This document shows positions 40,141 to 48,820 of a DNA stretch of 64,000 nt, in pieces. Under the pieces are notes generated by a model that worked only from the letters and a program-made list of their open reading frames with translations, ran no database searches and was not told the DNA's origin. Location: positions 27,325-91,324 of the forward strand of contig PUMJ01000156.1 of assembly GCA_003551305.1 (NCBI GenBank), written 5' to 3'. The translations under genes and the position numbers were made by a program. Numbering within the stretch: position 1 is the stretch's first letter; the number at the start of each line of letters is the position of its first letter. The stretch is from Candidatus Brocadiaceae bacterium (GTDB lineage Bacteria; Planctomycetota; Brocadiia; SM23-32).

Positions 40141-41406
40141 AACCAGACATACCACCATATCCGCGTGACCGACCGGGGGGATCAGGTGGCGACCATCGAC
40201 ATGGTGCCGCCGGAGCGCACGCCCCGCTGGGCCGAGGGCGTGGCGGCCGGTAATCGCCCCTGGTCGCCGCCGACCGAAGAGCCGGTCTTCCACCCGCCCA
40301 TCGCCTTCGTCGTGCCGCCGCCGGAGGGTTCCGGCGAGCCCTTCTACTCCCACAACCATCAGCCCGCCATCACCTGGTGCGCCAACGGCGATTTGCTGGC
40401 GGCATGGTACTCGACCGAGCGAGAGCGCGGCACCGAGATGACCGTGCTGGCCAGCCGTCTGCGCACGGGCCGCCAGGCCTGGGATCCGGCCGCCGAGTTT
40501 TTCAAGGCCCCGGACCGCAACATGACCGGCACCGCGCTCTACCACGACGGCCGCGGCACCCTCTACCATTTCAACGGCATGGGGCTCGAGGGCACAGAAG
40601 GCTGGGAGCGGCTCGCCCTGCTGCTGCGCACCAGCACCGACCACGGGGTCACTTGGTCGCCGGCCCGGCCCATCTCCTCGGGTTCCCGTTACCAGCGCCG
40701 GCATCAGGTGATTGCCGGCACCAGCCGCGGCCCCGACGGCCTGCTGATCCAGCCCTGCGACGCCACACCGACCGGCAAAGGTTCCAGCTGCGTCCATCTC
40801 AGCACTGACGGCGGGCAGACGTGGCACGATCCGGGCGGCGACATCCGTGGCATCCACGCCGGGGTGGTCGCCCTCGACGATGGCCGCCTGCTGGCCTTCG
40901 GGCGCGCGCAGGCCCTCGACGGTCGCATGCCGATGAGCATCTCCGATGACCGGGGTGCGAGCTGGCGCTCGCTGCCCGGCCCCTTCCCGCCGATCGGCAC
41001 CGCCCAGCGCTTGGTGCTGCTGCGCCTGCGCGAAGGGCCGTTGCTGCTGGCCTCCTTCACCGGCGCGACCCATCGCCTGCCGCGTGAGCAGTGGCCCGGC
41101 ATGCCCTTCCAGGACGCCAGGGGGCGCTCCTTCACCGGCTACGGGCTGTTCGTCGCCTGCTCGTGGGATGCCGGCCAGACCTGGCCGTTGCGCCGGCTGC
41201 TGACCCCGGGGGCCGGCACCTGGGACGGCGGCGGCCACACCGGCCTTTTCACCGGCAGCGCCACCGAGGCCGAACCAAAGGGCTACCTGGCCGCCACCCA
41301 GCCCCCGAACGGCGTGATCCACCTGATCTCCAGCCGACTGCACTACCGCTTCAACCTGCCCTGGCTGACCGGGGGCGGTGAGCATGGCGGCAGTGACCAA
41401 CGATGA
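40138..41406 (+). CDS. BNR/sialidase-like (GH33-like) protein
   Basis: HNHQPAITWCANGDLLAAWYS, Asp-boxes STDHGVTW, STDGGQTW, SDDRGASW, SWDAGQTW, GYL...IHLISS. Confidence 0.82.
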   Translation: MNQTYHHIRVTDRGDQVATIDMVPPERTPRWAEGVAAGNRPWSPPTEEPVFHPPIAFVVPPPEGSGEPFYSHNHQPAITWCANGDLLAAWYSTERERGTEMTVLASRLRTGRQAWDPAAEFFKAPDRNMTGTALYHDGRGTLYHFNGMGLEGTEGWERLALLLRTSTDHGVTWSPARPISSGSRYQRRHQVIAGTSRGPDGLLIQPCDATPTGKGSSCVHLSTDGGQTWHDPGGDIRGIHAGVVALDDGRLLAFGRAQALDGRMPMSISDDRGASWRSLPGPFPPIGTAQRLVLLRLREGPLLLASFTGATHRLPREQWPGMPFQDARGRSFTGYGLFVACSWDAGQTWPLRRLLTPGAGTWDGGGHTGLFTGSATEAEPKGYLAATQPPNGVIHLISSRLHYRFNLPWLTGGGEHGGSDQR

Positions 41407-41429
41407 CCGGGCAACCGGAAGGATCCGCG

Positions 41430-42230
41430 ATGACAGACGACACCCCGGCGCAGCCGACCTTCGGCGGGCACGAAGCGTTGCCCGGGTTCACCAGCACCCC
41501 TCACCCGCTGCCGGACGGTCGGGAACTGACCGCTTGGAGTCGTCCCGGAAATGGCCCGACCCTCATCCTGATCCCCGGCACCTGGGGCGATCTGCAGAGT
41601 TGGTCCCCGCTGATCTCACGCCTGCCGCCGGAGCAGGCCATCATCGTGGTGGAGTTGTTCTGGCAGGGCGGTCGAGCGTTGCTGGACGGCCCGCTGGACA
41701 TCCCGGTGCTCGCCGATGCCGTCCAAAGGGTCATTGATGCTCTGCAGCCGGGCCCGTTCGTGATCGGCGGCATAAGCCTGGGCGGGATGATCACAGTGGA
41801 GATCGCCGGGCGGAATCCTGCCGGCCTGGTCGCGGCCATCCCGATGGAGGGCTGGACACATCATAGCGTGCGCGAAACGGCATTCCACGGCCTTGTCCAC
41901 ACTCCTCTGAGCCCGGATCAGGAGCGGCGCCGTCTCGCCGAACGGAGCCGCCGTCTGGCGCACCTGTCCCCCGAACAGCAGGCCGCCGTCGGGTCCATCT
42001 GGCGGCGGTGGAACGGCGCCGACGCCCTTGCCCGCTCCACGGTCCCCATCCTCCACATCTGGGGCGACAGGGGCCGCCCGCGCCCCGAACCCGCCGACCT
42101 GCAGATCCCGCGGCGGCCGAACATTACCGTAGCCTGGATCGCTGGTTCGTCACATCGTTTGCTGCTCCAGGCGCCCGATGCCCTGGTTCGGACGGTGCGC
42201 AACTTCCTGGCCTCAGCGGGTTCTCCATGA
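41430..42230 (+). CDS. alpha/beta hydrolase
   Basis: LIPG, nucleophile elbow GISLGG, IWGD, SSH; alternative start at 41403. Confidence 0.82.
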   Translation: MTDDTPAQPTFGGHEALPGFTSTPHPLPDGRELTAWSRPGNGPTLILIPGTWGDLQSWSPLISRLPPEQAIIVVELFWQGGRALLDGPLDIPVLADAVQRVIDALQPGPFVIGGISLGGMITVEIAGRNPAGLVAAIPMEGWTHHSVRETAFHGLVHTPLSPDQERRRLAERSRRLAHLSPEQQAAVGSIWRRWNGADALARSTVPILHIWGDRGRPRPEPADLQIPRRPNITVAWIAGSSHRLLLQAPDALVRTVRNFLASAGSP

Positions 42231-42357
42231 CCCGTCTGCTGATACTAACTCCGCACCCCGGCAAGCCGAATGACCGACATCCACGACAGGGGCCCCGCCC
42301 GATCGCAACGTGCAGCCCGTTGCCCCCGCCATACCCATTCATAGATTGGACTCCCGT

Positions 42358-43830
42358 ATGAACAGGCCGAACATCCTCTTGATCCAGACAGATCAGCACA
42401 ATGCGCACCTGGCCGGGTTTGCCGGCCATGGCACCGTCCGGACTCCGGCTCTGGACCGTTTGGCGGCGCGTGGCACGGTCTTCGATGCCGCTTACTGCCA
42501 ATCGCCGCTCTGCGTACCAAGCCGCACCAGCATGCTGGCGGGCACCTACGTGCCGAAGTGCGGGGCCTGGGACAACGGATCGGTCCTCTTCCCCGAACAC
42601 ACCACACTGCCGGGGTGGATGGGCGATCATGGTTACGTCAGCGCCGCTGTGGGGAAGATGCACTTCCGCGGCCGCGAACAGATGCACGGCTGGCAGCATC
42701 GCCCCTTTGGCGACCTGGTGGAATGCATCGCCCCGATGCATCAGCCCGATCCACCGGAGACCGCCGACGGGCGCTGGAACCGTCACGCCGTCGGTCGGTT
42801 CCCCTTCGCCGGGCCGACGCACATCCCCGAGGGTCTGCTGGCCGACCCCCTCATCACCCGCGAGAGCCTGGCCTGGCTCGCCGAATACACCGCGTCCGGC
42901 GACGATCGGCCCTGGTTTTTCTGCGCCTCTTACCAGCGGCCACATTTCCCCCTCACCGCCCCCGAACGCTACATCCGGGCCGCCCTCGATGCCGACCCGG
43001 ACCTGCCCGAACCGCCCCCCGACGACCTTGATCAGCTGCATCCCCATGATCGGTTCATCGTCGAGGATTTCCGACTGCGGAGATTTGCACCGGAGGAGCA
43101 TCGCCGTGCCCTGGCGGGCTACCATGCCTGCGTCGCCTTTGTCGACGATTGCATCGGCGACTTGCTCGCCGGCATGGAGCGGCTGGGGCTGTTGGAGAAC
43201 ACCTGCATCGTTTACACCTCCGACCACGGCGACATGGCTGGCGAGCACGGCCTGTGGTGGAAGCGGACCTACTACGAGGCCTCGGCCCGCGTGCCGTTGA
43301 TCATCGCCGGGCCGGGCCTGCCCGCCGCCGAACGCGTTGCGACCCCGGTCGAGCTGGTTGATCTCTTCCCCACCCTGTGCAACTGGGGCGGATTCGGAGT
43401 GCCCGAGGGGCTGGACGGCGAGGATCTCTCCTGCCTGCTCGACCCGGCTCGCAGACAGCAGCGGCGCAAGCGGGTAGCCCGCTCAGAACTGCTGGGGGAG
43501 ACAACGTCCACCCGGTTCCGCATGGTCCGTGATGAACGCTGGAAGCTGGTCGCCTTTCCCGAGGCACCCTCCCGGCTGTTCGATCTCCGCGACGACCCCG
43601 ACGAACGGACGGACCTCGCCGGTTCGCCACCGGCCGACGCGCCGATGGAACAGTTGCAGGACGCCCTCCGTGGGGGCCACGACTGGCAGGATCTCGAGCG
43701 CTGCCGGCAGCGGGACCGCCAGCGCGCCGCCGCCTTCCGCAGTGACACACGCAGCCCGAGCACCATGCAATACCGCCTGCGCGACGGACGCATCATCCCC
43801 GGCGACGCCCAGTTGTACGACCTGGCGTGA
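42358..43830 (+). CDS. choline-sulfatase-like sulfatase (Cys-type)
   Basis: RPNILLIQTDQH, SPLCVPSRTS, GKMHF, SDHGDMAGEHGLWWK. Confidence 0.92.
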   Translation: MNRPNILLIQTDQHNAHLAGFAGHGTVRTPALDRLAARGTVFDAAYCQSPLCVPSRTSMLAGTYVPKCGAWDNGSVLFPEHTTLPGWMGDHGYVSAAVGKMHFRGREQMHGWQHRPFGDLVECIAPMHQPDPPETADGRWNRHAVGRFPFAGPTHIPEGLLADPLITRESLAWLAEYTASGDDRPWFFCASYQRPHFPLTAPERYIRAALDADPDLPEPPPDDLDQLHPHDRFIVEDFRLRRFAPEEHRRALAGYHACVAFVDDCIGDLLAGMERLGLLENTCIVYTSDHGDMAGEHGLWWKRTYYEASARVPLIIAGPGLPAAERVATPVELVDLFPTLCNWGGFGVPEGLDGEDLSCLLDPARRQQRRKRVARSELLGETTSTRFRMVRDERWKLVAFPEAPSRLFDLRDDPDERTDLAGSPPADAPMEQLQDALRGGHDWQDLERCRQRDRQRAAAFRSDTRSPSTMQYRLRDGRIIPGDAQLYDLA

Positions 43831-43860
43831 GAACCTCGCTTGCTGTTCAACAGCGGGGGG

Positions 43861-44062
43861 CCACAGGCTGCACGTGCGCAGCCGGCTGCGGGGGATCACG
43901 CGTGAAAGGCTCTCAGCGTGCCCTGCTTCGGACAAGCGGAGCCGAGCAAGTGCAGCGGCTCAGTCGCCGCTGTGCCGCTTGCTCCTCCCGCTTCTCTGCG
44001 CCGCGAATACCTCCACAGGCCTTTCCGATGGAGCGGGTGCCCGTCTGGGAAGGAGCGGGGGA
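43861..44062 (+). repeat. ~200-bp structured intergenic repeat, copy 1
   Basis: Near-identical to 46615-46817 (CCACAGGCTGCACGTGCGCAGCCGGCTGCGG ... GTCTGGGAAGGAGCGGGGGA). Confidence 0.9.
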
Positions 44063-44212
44063 AAACAGGAGTTTCCCCGAAAACCGGAGGGGGTGGGCAG
44101 CAAGTGGTTGGCCTGACGAGGGTTATGCTTTTGGGGATATGGAAGGCAGGATTCTCCGGTAAGATAGGCTAACCGAGGTGGTCCTTTTGGGGAATCTCCG
44201 GGTAGGAAAACC

Positions 44213-44241
44213 TTGACCTCCCCCAACCCGCCCCCTAAAGT
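44213..44241 (+). promoter_or_regulatory. sigma70 promoter
   Basis: TTGACC-17 nt-TAAAGT upstream of 44311. Confidence 0.6.
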
Positions 44242-44310
44242 GAACGGAGACGGTAAACACTTACGGCCGCGTTTCGCCCGCACTAATATGACCTTCGAAA
44301 CGAGTCTGCG

Positions 44311-46575
44311 ATGTCCAATCCGTTGCTGACCATTCTGGCCGGATGTTTCCTGATCACCGTCGGCCTGCAGGCCGCCTCCGCCGCAACCGAGGGCGAGTCG
44401 CCCCGTCAACTCCAGGAGCGGACGACCTGGCCCTGTCCGCTTCCGCCCGACACGCTCGATCCCGCCGCGCTGTTGGACCTGCGCTATCTGAACGAGGAGC
44501 AGGCCGGCATGCACGGGTTCGTCAGCGTCGACGCCGAGGGCGGCTTCCGGCGTGGCGACGGTGAACCGCTGCGTTTCTGGTCCACGGTCGTGAAGTGGCA
44601 GACCAAAGACCCGGCCGAGATGGACCGCCTCGCCGGCTGGCTGGCCAAGCGGGGCGTGAACCTGGTGCGGCTGCACCCGCGGATCTGGACGCGCGAGGTC
44701 AAGCAGTTCGGTCAGATCGACCGCCAGGAGCACGACCACGTCCGCCAGATGGTGGCGGCCCTGAAGAACCACGGCATCTACACCCAGTTGCTGCTCTACA
44801 GCGCCATGGACGGCCAGGGGCTGCATGACCGCGTCGAAGGCGTGCCGGTCGGGCGGGAAGTCCGCTCGCCGCTGCAGACGGGCATCCTGTTTCTGCACGA
44901 GGGGCTCCAGGAGTTCCTGAAAGAATGGACCACCGCTCTGTTGACCGAGCCCAACCCCCATACGGGACTGCCGCTGGCCGAGGACCCGGCCGTGGCCCTG
45001 ATCGAGATCCAGAACGAAGACTCGCTGCTGTTCCACACTGTCAGAAACCTCCAGGGCGAAGACCTCAGGCTGGCCCAGTCGCTGTACGGCCAATGGCTGG
45101 CCCAGCGGTACGGCAGTCTGGAGCAGGCGCTCACGGCCTGGGGCGGTGCGCGGGCGGAGGGCGATGATCTCGCCGAAGGCCGGGCCGGCTTCTACCACCT
45201 CTGGGACCTGACCCGCGCGGGCATGGCCCACCATCGTCCCAGCGCGGCCGCGCGCCGGCGAATGGCCGACCAGACGCAGTGGTACACCGAGACGATGCGC
45301 AACTTCAACAAGGAGTTCATCACGTTCCTTCGCGAGGAGTGCGGCGTACGGGTGCCGACTATCCCGGGCAACTGGCGCACCGCCGACGACGTGACTCTCA
45401 TCGAGAACGAGCGCTACAGCTATGCCGTCGGCGAGGTGATCGCCGCCAACCGCTACTTCACCGGCGTCCACGCCGGGTCCAGGACGCACTACTGGGTCAG
45501 CCAGGACGACCACTTCGCGCCGGCCGCGATCGTGCTGGAGCCCGAGAGGCTTCCGATCAATGTCCGCCAGTTCAAAGGCAAGGCCTTCGCCGTCCCCGAG
45601 ACGATGTGGGTCGAGCCCAACACTTACCAGAGCGAGGGCGCACTGGCGATCGCGGCCTACCAGTCGCTCACCGGGGTCGACATCGTGCATTGGTACCACC
45701 AACGCGGCGACGACTGGCATACCCCCGCCACCTGGCGGCCAGGCTACGGGAAGTTCTCGGCCAACACACCGATGATCCAGGGCCTCTGGCCCGCGGCGGC
45801 GCTGCTGTTCCGTCAGGGGTACCTGCAACAGGCCCGGCCGGTGCTCATCGAGCGCCGCAGCCTGCAGGCGCTGTGGCAGCGCGAGGAGCCGGTCATCGCC
45901 GAGCAGGCCGTCTTCGACCCCAACCGCGACATCAGCGATGAGGCTCGGGCAAGCGGCTTTGAGGGCCCGGTCGATCCACTGGCGTTCATGGTCGGGCCGG
46001 TGCTGGTGGACTATTCCGAGGATCCCCAGCCCAGCGAGCTCATCGACCTGACGCCCTACATCGACCGGGACGGCCGGATCGTGCGGGCACGGACCGGCGA
46101 GATCGCGCTCGACTACGGCCTGGGTCTGCTCCGCGTGGAAGCCCCGAAGGTGCAGGCGGCCGCGGGCTTCCTCGGGCGGGCCGGGCGGCAGGAGTTCGCC
46201 GACGTCACCATCGACAGCGGCAACGAGTTCGCCAGCGTCATCATCATCGCGATGGACGATCGGCCCCTGCGCGAGTCGGCCCGGGTGCTCGTCCAGGTCG
46301 GCACGCGCCAGGAGCCGACAGGCTGGGACGTGGAAGAGGCCGAGTTCACCACCAGGGACCAGACCGTCCAGGGCTTCAAGATCGTCGATGTCGGCGGTCC
46401 CCCGTGGCAGATCGAGCGGGCCGACGTGCGGGTCCGCGTGGCGAACCCGTCCCTGCGCACGGCACACGTGCTCGACATCAACGGCATGCCTGTCGCCACC
46501 GTGCCGCTTGATCGCGACACCGACAGCGTGACCTTCCGCTTCCCGGTCGACGCGTTGTACGTCGTGCTTGAGTAG
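44311..46575 (+). CDS. secreted clan GH-A-like (GH5-related) glycoside hydrolase
   Basis: Signal peptide ending ASA; RGVNLVRLH, NHGIY, NPHTGLPLAEDPAVALIEIQNED (acid/base NE), VPET. Confidence 0.7.
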   Translation: MSNPLLTILAGCFLITVGLQAASAATEGESPRQLQERTTWPCPLPPDTLDPAALLDLRYLNEEQAGMHGFVSVDAEGGFRRGDGEPLRFWSTVVKWQTKDPAEMDRLAGWLAKRGVNLVRLHPRIWTREVKQFGQIDRQEHDHVRQMVAALKNHGIYTQLLLYSAMDGQGLHDRVEGVPVGREVRSPLQTGILFLHEGLQEFLKEWTTALLTEPNPHTGLPLAEDPAVALIEIQNEDSLLFHTVRNLQGEDLRLAQSLYGQWLAQRYGSLEQALTAWGGARAEGDDLAEGRAGFYHLWDLTRAGMAHHRPSAAARRRMADQTQWYTETMRNFNKEFITFLREECGVRVPTIPGNWRTADDVTLIENERYSYAVGEVIAANRYFTGVHAGSRTHYWVSQDDHFAPAAIVLEPERLPINVRQFKGKAFAVPETMWVEPNTYQSEGALAIAAYQSLTGVDIVHWYHQRGDDWHTPATWRPGYGKFSANTPMIQGLWPAAALLFRQGYLQQARPVLIERRSLQALWQREEPVIAEQAVFDPNRDISDEARASGFEGPVDPLAFMVGPVLVDYSEDPQPSELIDLTPYIDRDGRIVRARTGEIALDYGLGLLRVEAPKVQAAAGFLGRAGRQEFADVTIDSGNEFASVIIIAMDDRPLRESARVLVQVGTRQEPTGWDVEEAEFTTRDQTVQGFKIVDVGGPPWQIERADVRVRVANPSLRTAHVLDINGMPVATVPLDRDTDSVTFRFPVDALYVVLE

Positions 46576-46614
46576 ACCCAGCTTCGATGCGGCAATACGC
46601 CCGCAGGTGGATGT

Positions 46615-46817
46615 CCACAGGCTGCACGTGCGCAGCCGGCTGCGGGGTGATCGCGCACGAAAGGATCTCAGCGTGCGCTGCTGCCGACTACCGGAGCCGG
46701 GCAAGTGCAGCGGCTCAGCCGCCGCTGTGCCGCTTACTCCTCCCGCTTCCCTGCGCCGCGAATACCACCACAGGCCTTTCCGATGGAGCGGGTGGCCGTC
46801 TGGGAAGGAGCGGGGGA
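46615..46817 (+). repeat. ~200-bp structured intergenic repeat, copy 2
   Basis: Direct repeat of 43861-44062. Confidence 0.9.
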
Positions 46818-46824
46818 CAAGCCC

Positions 46825-46853
46825 TTGACATATCCTATACAGTCGAATAAGCT
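46825..46853 (+). promoter_or_regulatory. sigma70 promoter
   Basis: TTGACA-17 nt-TAAGCT directly after the repeat. Confidence 0.6.
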
Positions 46854-46909
46854 TGGTTCCAGGCGACAGGACCGGCTGGCGGGATCGGAAGGGGAGGAGG
46901 CGGCCCACT

Positions 46910-46969
46910 CGGGCGTTACTGACCGATTTGGGCGGGTGGCGGTGTGCTCTGCGAAACGAATCCATTTGC
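46910..46969 (-). repeat. dispersed ~60-bp repeat, copy 2
   Basis: Reverse complement of 4573-4632. Confidence 0.8.
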
Positions 46970-47216
46970 TCCTTGACGTGCTTAAGATAACATCGTGCAA
47001 CACTGAAGCAGTCGTACAATCGCCGTCGTCTGTGCATCCGGCCACAAAGCCGGCGGGCAAGCGTCGTGGTTACCCTGGTTCCTGCGCCCACAATCCCTGC
47101 TCAGGCGGGCGAGGAACCCGTCGCGCAACCCCGGTGCCTGTCTACGCGTCTCTTGAATCGTCAGATGGCTAATCGACCTGTTGCTCACTGACCTTAAGGA
47201 TAGAAGGGCTGCACCG

Positions 47217-48794
47217 ATGAGTGAGACGCTGTACAACGGCATCAGCCTGCCGGACGAGTGGCCGCCGCGCGACCAGTCGCCGGCCACCTCCCAGCCCATG
47301 CGCGTGCCCTATCTGCAGCGGCCGCCGGATGTGATCCCCATCGACGGCGGACGCCAGCTTCTGGTGGACGACTTCCTGATCGAGGACTCGATGATGCCCC
47401 GGGCCTTCCACCGCCCGGTCAAGCATACGGGCAACCCGGTTCTCTACCCCCAGACCGCCGACGAGTGCAACGAGGCCCTGCCGCCGACCGCCATCCCCAA
47501 GTGCGGCGGGGTCTGGTACGACGAGCGCGACCGGCTCTTCAAGATGTGGTACATGGCCAGCTATCTCGGAGCCATGGCCTACGCGGTCAGCAGCGACGGC
47601 ATCCACTGGGAGCGCCCGTCTCTGGACGTGGTGCCCGGGACCAACCTCACCCTGCCGCGGGATGTCCACCCCGATTCCGGCACCGCCTGGCTCGATCATG
47701 AGGCGGCCGACCCGGCGGAGCGCTTCAAGATGCAGATCCGCGAACCGAACAGCCCCGAGAAGGGCGGGAACTTCGGGGCGCTCATGCTGACCTCACCCGA
47801 CGGCATCCACTGGAACCAGCGACAGAGGACGGGGCCGATGGGCGACCGCAGCACCATGTTCTACAACCCGTTCCGGAAGGTCTGGGTGCAGAGCATCCGC
47901 AGCGGGGCGCCCGGCCGCGGGCGCTGCCGCCGTTACTTCGAGCACCCGGAGTTTCTGGCCTCGGGGAACTGGCAAGAGGGAGAACCGGTGTTCTGGACCG
48001 CAGCCGACTGCATGGACCTGGGCCGCGATGCCCGGGCGGAGTTGTACAATCTGGACGCGGTGGCCTATGAAAGCCTGATGGTGGGCTTCTACCAGGTCCT
48101 CAAGGGACCGCCGAATCACATCGGCCAGCGGACAGGCGAGCCCAAGCTGACCGAACTGGTGCTGGCCACCAGCCGGGACGGCTTTCACTGGCACCGCCCC
48201 GACCGCCGGGCCTTCATCGGCGCCCGCCGCGAGCCGGGCTCGTGGGAGTACGGATACGTCGAATCCACCGGCGGGATTATGCTCGTGGTTGAGGACGAAC
48301 TGTGGTTCTACTACTCGGCCTACGGGGGCGATCCCGACCGCATAACCGATGACTGGCACACCAACGGCATGTACGGCAACGGAGCGGTCGGCCTGGCCCG
48401 GCTCCGCCGTGACGGCTTCGCCTCGCTGCAGGGCCGTTTCCCGGGCGCCGGCATGACCACTCGCCCGCTGCGGTTCTCCGGCGACCGGCTTTTCGTCAAC
48501 GCCGGCACCGTCGGCACGCGCCTCAGAGTGGAGTGCCTCGACGAGCAGCGGCAAGCCATCCCGGGATACTCCCTGGAGGACTGCGAGGGCTTCGTCGGCA
48601 ACTCCACCCGGGCCGAGATCCGGTGGAAGGACGGGGCCGGCATCGGGCAACTGGCCGGCCGAGCGGTGCGCCTGCGTTTCCAGATGGACCGGGGCGACCT
48701 CTACTCCTTCTGGGTGAGTGCGCACGAGGACGGACGCTCCGGCGGTTACCTTGCCGCAGGTGGGCCGGGTTTCACCGAGGCGAGGCACATTTGA
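47217..48794 (+). CDS. five-bladed beta-propeller glycoside hydrolase (GH32/43/130-like)
   Basis: GRQLLVDDFLIE, FKMWY, SSDGIHWERP, SRDGFHW, LWFYYS, LRRDGFAS. Confidence 0.75.
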   Translation: MSETLYNGISLPDEWPPRDQSPATSQPMRVPYLQRPPDVIPIDGGRQLLVDDFLIEDSMMPRAFHRPVKHTGNPVLYPQTADECNEALPPTAIPKCGGVWYDERDRLFKMWYMASYLGAMAYAVSSDGIHWERPSLDVVPGTNLTLPRDVHPDSGTAWLDHEAADPAERFKMQIREPNSPEKGGNFGALMLTSPDGIHWNQRQRTGPMGDRSTMFYNPFRKVWVQSIRSGAPGRGRCRRYFEHPEFLASGNWQEGEPVFWTAADCMDLGRDARAELYNLDAVAYESLMVGFYQVLKGPPNHIGQRTGEPKLTELVLATSRDGFHWHRPDRRAFIGARREPGSWEYGYVESTGGIMLVVEDELWFYYSAYGGDPDRITDDWHTNGMYGNGAVGLARLRRDGFASLQGRFPGAGMTTRPLRFSGDRLFVNAGTVGTRLRVECLDEQRQAIPGYSLEDCEGFVGNSTRAEIRWKDGAGIGQLAGRAVRLRFQMDRGDLYSFWVSAHEDGRSGGYLAAGGPGFTEARHI

Positions 48795-48820
48795 GCAAGG
48801 TGCAGTCGGCGCGCGGGTTG

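Noticed and set aside
43960..47091. 1043-aa antisense ORF
   Set aside because: A shadow of the GC-rich plus-strand hydrolase gene, with no protein motifs.
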